Assembly (NCBI GenBank): GCA_964016885.1
Contig: OZ024760.1
Location: 31,310,001 to 31,374,000, forward strand
DNA length: 64,000 bases
Origin: Eledone cirrhosa
Taxonomy: Eukaryota
Direction of reading: 5' to 3'
Below, one piece after another: positions 62,753 to 64,000 of the stretch. The notes beneath the pieces were generated by a model. It searched no databases. It was not told where the DNA came from and saw only the letters and a list, made by a program, of their open reading frames with translations. Positions within the stretch are counted from its first letter, which is position 1. Each line of letters starts with the position of its first letter. A program made the position numbers and the translations under genes.

Positions 62753-62849
62753 AATATGGTTTTATAAATATAGTTTCCATTTATTTAATATCGTATATAT
62801 ATATATATATTTATATGTGTGTGTATACATATATATGTATATATATATG

Positions 62850-62903
<54 letters not shown>

Positions 62904-62913
62904 GATATATATG

Positions 62914-62987
<74 letters not shown>

Positions 62988-62989
<2 letters not shown>

Positions 62990-63170
62990 ACGAAGGAAAT
63001 GTGGTAAGGAACCAGGTGGACCATAACGCACCAAAGTACTCAATACTTGGGGTAGTAGAGTGGGTAATAGGAACCAGTAAGACCCCGACGGCTGAGCTCA
63101 AGCCGTTTCGACGTCGAATTAGCCGTCGAAACGGCTTGAGCTCAGCTGTCGGGGTCTTACTGGTTCCTAT
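62988..63170 (-). repeat. Hairpin-headed element copy
   Basis: Palindrome 63067-63170 with a shortened centre (gacgtcgaattagccgtc). Confidence 0.85.
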
Positions 63171-63220
63171 ATATATATATATATAATATAAGATCAAAAG
63201 ATGGTTAAAGGAGTTCAATA

Positions 63221-63291
63221 TATTTTATTATGCGCATTTCAAAAACAAACATCATCAAACAATAATATTTGTATTTTCATCAGATAAAACA
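63221..63291 (-). ncRNA. Minimal type I hammerhead ribozyme motif (left arm)
   Basis: Minus strand: tgttttat CTGATGA aaatacaaatattatt-gtttgat-gatgtttgttttt GAAA tgcgca TA ataaaata. Confidence 0.8.
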
Positions 63292-63909
63292 GGAGAACAT
63301 GATATGTAGGCTAAAAAAACACTTGTTGATAGTGCAGTTTTAAATCAACATATGAAAAGTGGTTTTAGATTGATGTGTGATATTGGGAAAAATATTTTAT
63401 TTAGAGAGGGGGGGAGAGAAAAGGATGAAAAGGGAAGGAGATGAGAGGGAGAGATGGGTGATAGAGAGAAAGAGATAGTTTTTATAACAGAGAGGAGATA
63501 TATTTTATATAGAGGGGTTGAAAACCGTTGGAAGATACTGTATAAATTAAAAATTTTGAAAATTAACGAAGGGAGGATATGTGCGAGGAAAAAAAATATA
63601 TTATATTTTTTTCCTCGCACATATCCTCCCTTCGTTAATTTTCAAAATTTTTAATTTATACAGTATCTTCCAACGGTTTTCAACCCCTCTATATAAAATA
63701 TATCTCCTCTCTGTTATAAAAACTATCTCTTTCTCTCTATCACCCATCTCTCCCTCTCATCTCCTTCCCTTTTCATCCTTTTCTCTCCCCCCCTCTCTAA
63801 ATAAAATATTTTTCCCAATATCACACATCAATCTAAAACCACTTTTCATATGTTGATTTAAAACTGCACTATCAACAAGTGTTTTTTTAGCCTACATATC
63901 ATGTTCTCC

Positions 63910-63980
63910 TGTTTTATCTGATGAAAACACAAATATTATTGTTTGATGATGTTTGTTTTTGAAATGCGCATAATAAAATA
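63910..63980 (+). ncRNA. Minimal type I hammerhead ribozyme motif (right arm)
   Basis: tgttttat CTGATGA aaacacaaatattatt-gtttgat-gatgtttgttttt GAAA tgcgca TA ataaaata. Confidence 0.82.
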
Positions 63981-64000
63981 TATTGAACTCCTTTAACCAT

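Larger units (their letters stand above)
61678..62794. mobile_element. PLE-derived fold-back element with about 310-bp inverted arms
   Basis: 61678-61992 is the reverse complement of 62483-62794. The outer termini are homologous to the PLE end at 28957-29060. Confidence 0.85.
63183..64000. mobile_element. Near-perfect spacerless palindrome (about 400-bp arms, centre near 63601), PLE 3' terminus family
   Basis: The arms are reverse complements with about 2 differences seen. The termini are homologous to 47383-47560 and 49270-49451. It runs off the window end. Confidence 0.88.

Noticed and set aside
58693-63218. Many YIYIYI/ICIY ORFs
   Set aside because: They are translations of (TA)n/(TG)n microsatellites and not genes.
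63345-63856. Two nearly identical 91-aa ORFs on opposite strands
   Set aside because: They are an artefact of the palindrome, with low-complexity sequence and no domain.

Overview
AT-rich, microsatellite-dense eukaryotic (animal) genomic DNA, not prokaryotic. The SINE and LINE repertoire resembles that of a coleoid cephalopod such as octopus (inference). One multi-exon host gene runs on the + strand. Seven phase-compatible GT-AG exons lie between 20959 and 52644, with a probable Thr/Ala-repeat exon at 15250-16196, and they encode a helical TPR/ankyrin-like protein, tentatively TRANK1-like. The introns are filled with decayed retroelements: RTE LINEs, a Tx1/L1 element, a CRE element, CR1 and R4/Dong ends, tRNA-derived SINEs, several Penelope-like elements (PLEs) and large minisatellites. 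The most striking signal is invisible in the ORF track. About 14 minimal type I hammerhead ribozyme motifs (stem I-CUGANGA-stem II-GAAA-short or palindromic stem III-NUH-stem I) can be read directly from the sequence. They sit at the 3' ends of PLEs, at both ends of large PLE-derived fold-back palindromes, and in a 488-bp direct-repeat-bounded, retrozyme-like unit. Short hairpin elements whose inversion point lies in what looks like hammerhead stem II are also present. Nearly all of these are inserted in (TA)n tracts. Coordinates were counted by hand and may be off by a few bases.
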